The notes under the pieces were generated by a model. It was not told the origin of the DNA. It searched no databases and saw only the letters and a list, made by a program, of their open reading frames with translations. A stretch of 64,000 nt of DNA. It comes from Octopus sinensis. Taxonomy: Eukaryota. The first letter of the stretch is position 1; each line of letters opens with the position of its first letter. Of this stretch, positions 61,000 through 64,000 are shown one piece after another. The stretch lies in contig NW_021833434.1 in the NCBI RefSeq assembly GCF_006345805.1, positions 10,405-74,404 of the forward strand, given 5' to 3'. A program made the translations under genes and the position numbers.

Positions 61000-63632
61000 T
61001 ATTCTGTTGTGTCTGGGGAGAGTCATTTTCTTTTTGTGCCTTATGATATAACACACTCACAGGGGAAAATTTCCATTTATTTCTTATTTTTATTTTCCTA
61101 AAATTTTCGTTGCATCTTGCAACCTTTTCAATAGTCTTGACTGTCTATTATTTACACTGAGTTCCTTTTTGTTTGTTTGTGCGCATGTGTGTGTGTGCCT
61201 ATGCATGCATGCATGCATGTATGTATGTGTGTATGTATGTATGCATGTATGCAAGTGTGTGTAAGTATATATGTGTGTGTATGCATATGTATACATGTAT
61301 GTATGTGTGTGCATCTGTATATATGTATTCTGCATATTCATGTGCTTGCATGTCCGTGTTTGTGTATTTTCTATGTATGTGTGTGTGTGAGCGTATGTTT
61401 GTATACGTATGCACCTCTGTCTCCTTGTGTGTGCATGTCTGTGTGTATACATATCTGTGTGTGTGTTTGTTTTGCAACTATGTACTGTGTATGGATGTGG
61501 ATCTTTTTATGTGTGGACCAGTGTCTCCATATGTGTCCTTGTGGGGAGTAAAGTGTGTTTGTATATATGGTCATGTGTTTCAGTCTCCATTTGTGTATGT
61601 GTGCTTGTTTGTTCTTATAATCTATGTACCCATCCATCTGTATGTATCCACATGTAGGTGTAGCTGGAAATGTGACTGGCCTCTTCATGAGCTGTTGGAA
61701 CAGAAAACTTAAACAAAGGTTAGCAGAACAGTCCTTAACTCTTCTACTCTACAGTAGATATGAAGATGACATTAATATCATAGTTAGGACCAACTCTAGT
61801 GATGGTAATGTAGAAACTGAGAAGAACATAATGGAGAGCATCCAGCAAATAGCTAACTCCATCCATCAAAGTATCAAGTTAACTATAGATTACCTCACTA
61901 AGCACCCCAACAATAGACTCCCTGTACTTGATACTGAACTTTGGTTAGAGACTGAACAATAGGTGCTGCTCTTCCACTCCTATTACATGACACCCATAAC
62001 TTCAAAATATGTTGTTCACAAGAACTCAGCTGTGTCACACAAGATGAAAATTAACATACTGATCGCAGGCTTAGTTAGAATAATTAACAATGTGTCCCCA
62101 CTATGCGTCCCCTATAAAATGAAAAATACATATACAGAACTTCATGCACTGCATGCAATTCTCTGGGTATGATCAGAAAGGTAGGGTTCGAGTATACAGG
62201 GGGTGGGGGCAGCTAGTAGGAAATTAGGTAATGTTATACGTAATGATATCAGTGGTACCTGCCCTAAATATAGAAACAAAGAATGGAATAGGATACAAAG
62301 AACTTGTGACAAAGCAAACAGGGCGAACACATGGTATAAAACCGACAAATATCAAGGAGTGATGTTTGTAGAAGCCACAGCCCATGAAGAACTAGCCCGT
62401 AGATTTAGAAAAGCTCTGAAGGAGACCAAACTCAACATTGTTGAAAAGCCAGGGAACTCCATCAGATCACAACTATGTAGGACGTACTCCTTTGAGAATA
62501 CCATATGCACCAATGATAACTGCATGGTATGTAGGATTAGCTCTGGCATTACCTGTAGAACTCGAAATGTAGTTTACAGCATAAGATGCATAGAAGGTGC
62601 TTGTAAAGACATGAACATGACGTACATAGGGGAGACATCTAGGAGCATTGCGGAACGACGAAATGGACATCTGAGACAATATGATGACAAAAAACAGTCC
62701 TCCATACTTTACCAACATGCCAAAGACCACCATGGAGGCAGCTTGGGTCAACTTGACATCCGCATCTTATCCAAGCACCCAAATGACCCAACACTCAGAC
62801 AAATACAGGTATACGTCCTTATAAATGAAACTTCCCCAATACTAAATAGGAAATATGCATAGTAGATATCATACCTCCATACTCACAGTTTACACAGGTA
62901 GAGTAGAATAGTTAGTGGACTGTTATGTAGATAGATGTCTGTGTGTATGCACATTTTTTTTTTCTTTTTTTTGTATGTAAGCATATGGATATGAAAATAA
63001 ACAGTTCAACATACAGACAGATAGGTACATAGATTATAAGAACAGACAAGCACATATATGCAAATAGAGACTGAAACACATGACCATATATACACTCACA
63101 CTTTACTCCACACAAGGACACATATGGAGACACGGGTCCACCCATATAGAGATCCATATCCATACATATAAACATGGTACTTAGTTGCAAAACACACACA
63201 CACACAAGGAGACAGAGGTGCATACATATACAAACGCACGCTCACACACATAGAAAATACACAAACACTAACATGCAAGCACATGAATATGCAGAATACA
63301 TACATACAGATGCACACACATACATACATATATACATATGCATACACACACATATATACTTACACACACTTGCATACATGCATACACACATACATACATA
63401 CATACATACATACGTGCATGCACACACACACACTGACTCACACACATGCACACAAACAAACAAAAAGGAATTCAGTGTAAATAACGGACAGTCAAGACTA
63501 TTGAAAAGTTTGCAAGATGCGACGAAAATTTTAGGAAAATAAAAATAAGAAATAAATGGAAATTTTCCCCTGTGAGTGTGTTATATCATAAGGCACAAAA
63601 AGAAAATGACTCTCCCGAGACACAACAGAATA
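61000..63632. repeat. Long inverted repeat: arms 61000-61644 and 63010-63632
   Basis: Arms match in unique sequence (CACAACAGAATA, GGCACAAAAAGAAAATGACTCTCC, GACAGTCAAGACTATTGAAAAG, CTTATAATCTATGTACC) as well as in CA/GT-rich microsatellite parts. Confidence 0.92.
61650..62862 (+). mobile_element. Penelope-like element (RT from motif C, linker, GIY-YIG endonuclease), 5'-truncated
   Basis: LYSRYEDDINII, LPVLDTELW, MFVEATAHEELARRF and CMVC...CRTRNVVYSIRC...C...YIGETSRSIAERRNGH. One stop (61960-61962) and frameshifts near 62120-62200. Confidence 0.9.
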
Positions 63633-63666
63633 ATGAAAGTTATTTTTCAAAAAATTGTCTGGACTT

Positions 63667-63750
63667 ATCATCATCATCATCATCATCATCGTCCAATGCT
63701 TGATTCCCATACTGGTATGGGTTGGAAAATCTGGATGCAAGAATGTTTCT
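63667..63750 (-). mobile_element. 3' tip of the RTE LINE family
   Basis: (CAT)n at 63667-63690, then GTCCAATGCTTGATTCCCATACTGGTATGGGTTGGA. Confidence 0.65.
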
Positions 63751-64000
63751 ATACACACACACACACACACAACACACACACACACACACACACATGCATA
63801 TATCTTAGGGTTCCAGATGGGTTTATAAGGAAGTTAATGTGGTTTTCATATTTTCAGTCATTCTGTTTGGGGGAGAATTTTGCTATGAAGTGTTGTTCCA
63901 TATTCTTTCTGAAGAAAGTGTCATTCCTTAGGCATTTATAGAAGGGAAAGATCTTGAATCTTCCTTCTCCACATGTTCCTAAGTGGAATTTTTTGTAGCT

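Noticed and set aside
63486-63535. TTGAAAA-G-GTTGCA-AGA-TGCAAC-GAAA hairpin in the PLE-flanking arms (perfect 6-bp stem in the left arm) as a hammerhead
   Set aside because: Core positions C3 and G8 are wrong in both arms and no stem I pairing can be formed.
1-64000. CRISPR arrays, prokaryotic operons, rRNA genes, telomeric arrays
   Set aside because: No repeat-spacer periodicity, no long intronless host ORFs and no rRNA or telomere motifs were seen.

Overview
Very AT-rich animal genomic DNA, most likely from an octopus (coleoid cephalopod). That assignment is an inference from my recollection of the dominant RTE-LINE with (ATG)n tails and the tRNA-derived SINEs; no search was run. I see no prokaryotic features, CRISPR arrays, rRNA genes or true tRNA genes. 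The only host gene supported is three plus-strand, phase-1/phase-1 immunoglobulin-domain exons (14835-15155, 41486-41736, 45566-45818) of a nephrin/Kirre/sidestep-like cell-surface protein, split by 26.3-kb and 3.8-kb introns. Exons 2 and 3 each need single-base insertions (1 and 2 respectively) to stay in frame, which points to assembly error or a young pseudogene. Almost everything else is decayed mobile DNA: about ten pieces of one RTE LINE family, two other RTE families, three different Penelope-like elements, a Gypsy element split by a piggyBac that itself contains a LINE, Tigger, mariner and Chapaev3-like transposons, two Pif1-helicase Helitrons plus several non-autonomous Helitron ends, a foldback element, a seven-copy SINE array and microsatellites. 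Most ORFs in the supplied track are TE fragments, antisense shadows or microsatellite artefacts. I found no convincing new biological system. The most interesting structures are the frameshifted Ig exons, the Penelope core between about 640-bp inverted arms, a LINE 5' end apparently carried inside a Helitron, two unrelated Helitrons ending at homologous sites of one repeat, and inverted repeats placed to form intronic dsRNA around the Ig exons. Coordinates of decayed elements are approximate and identities were judged by eye.
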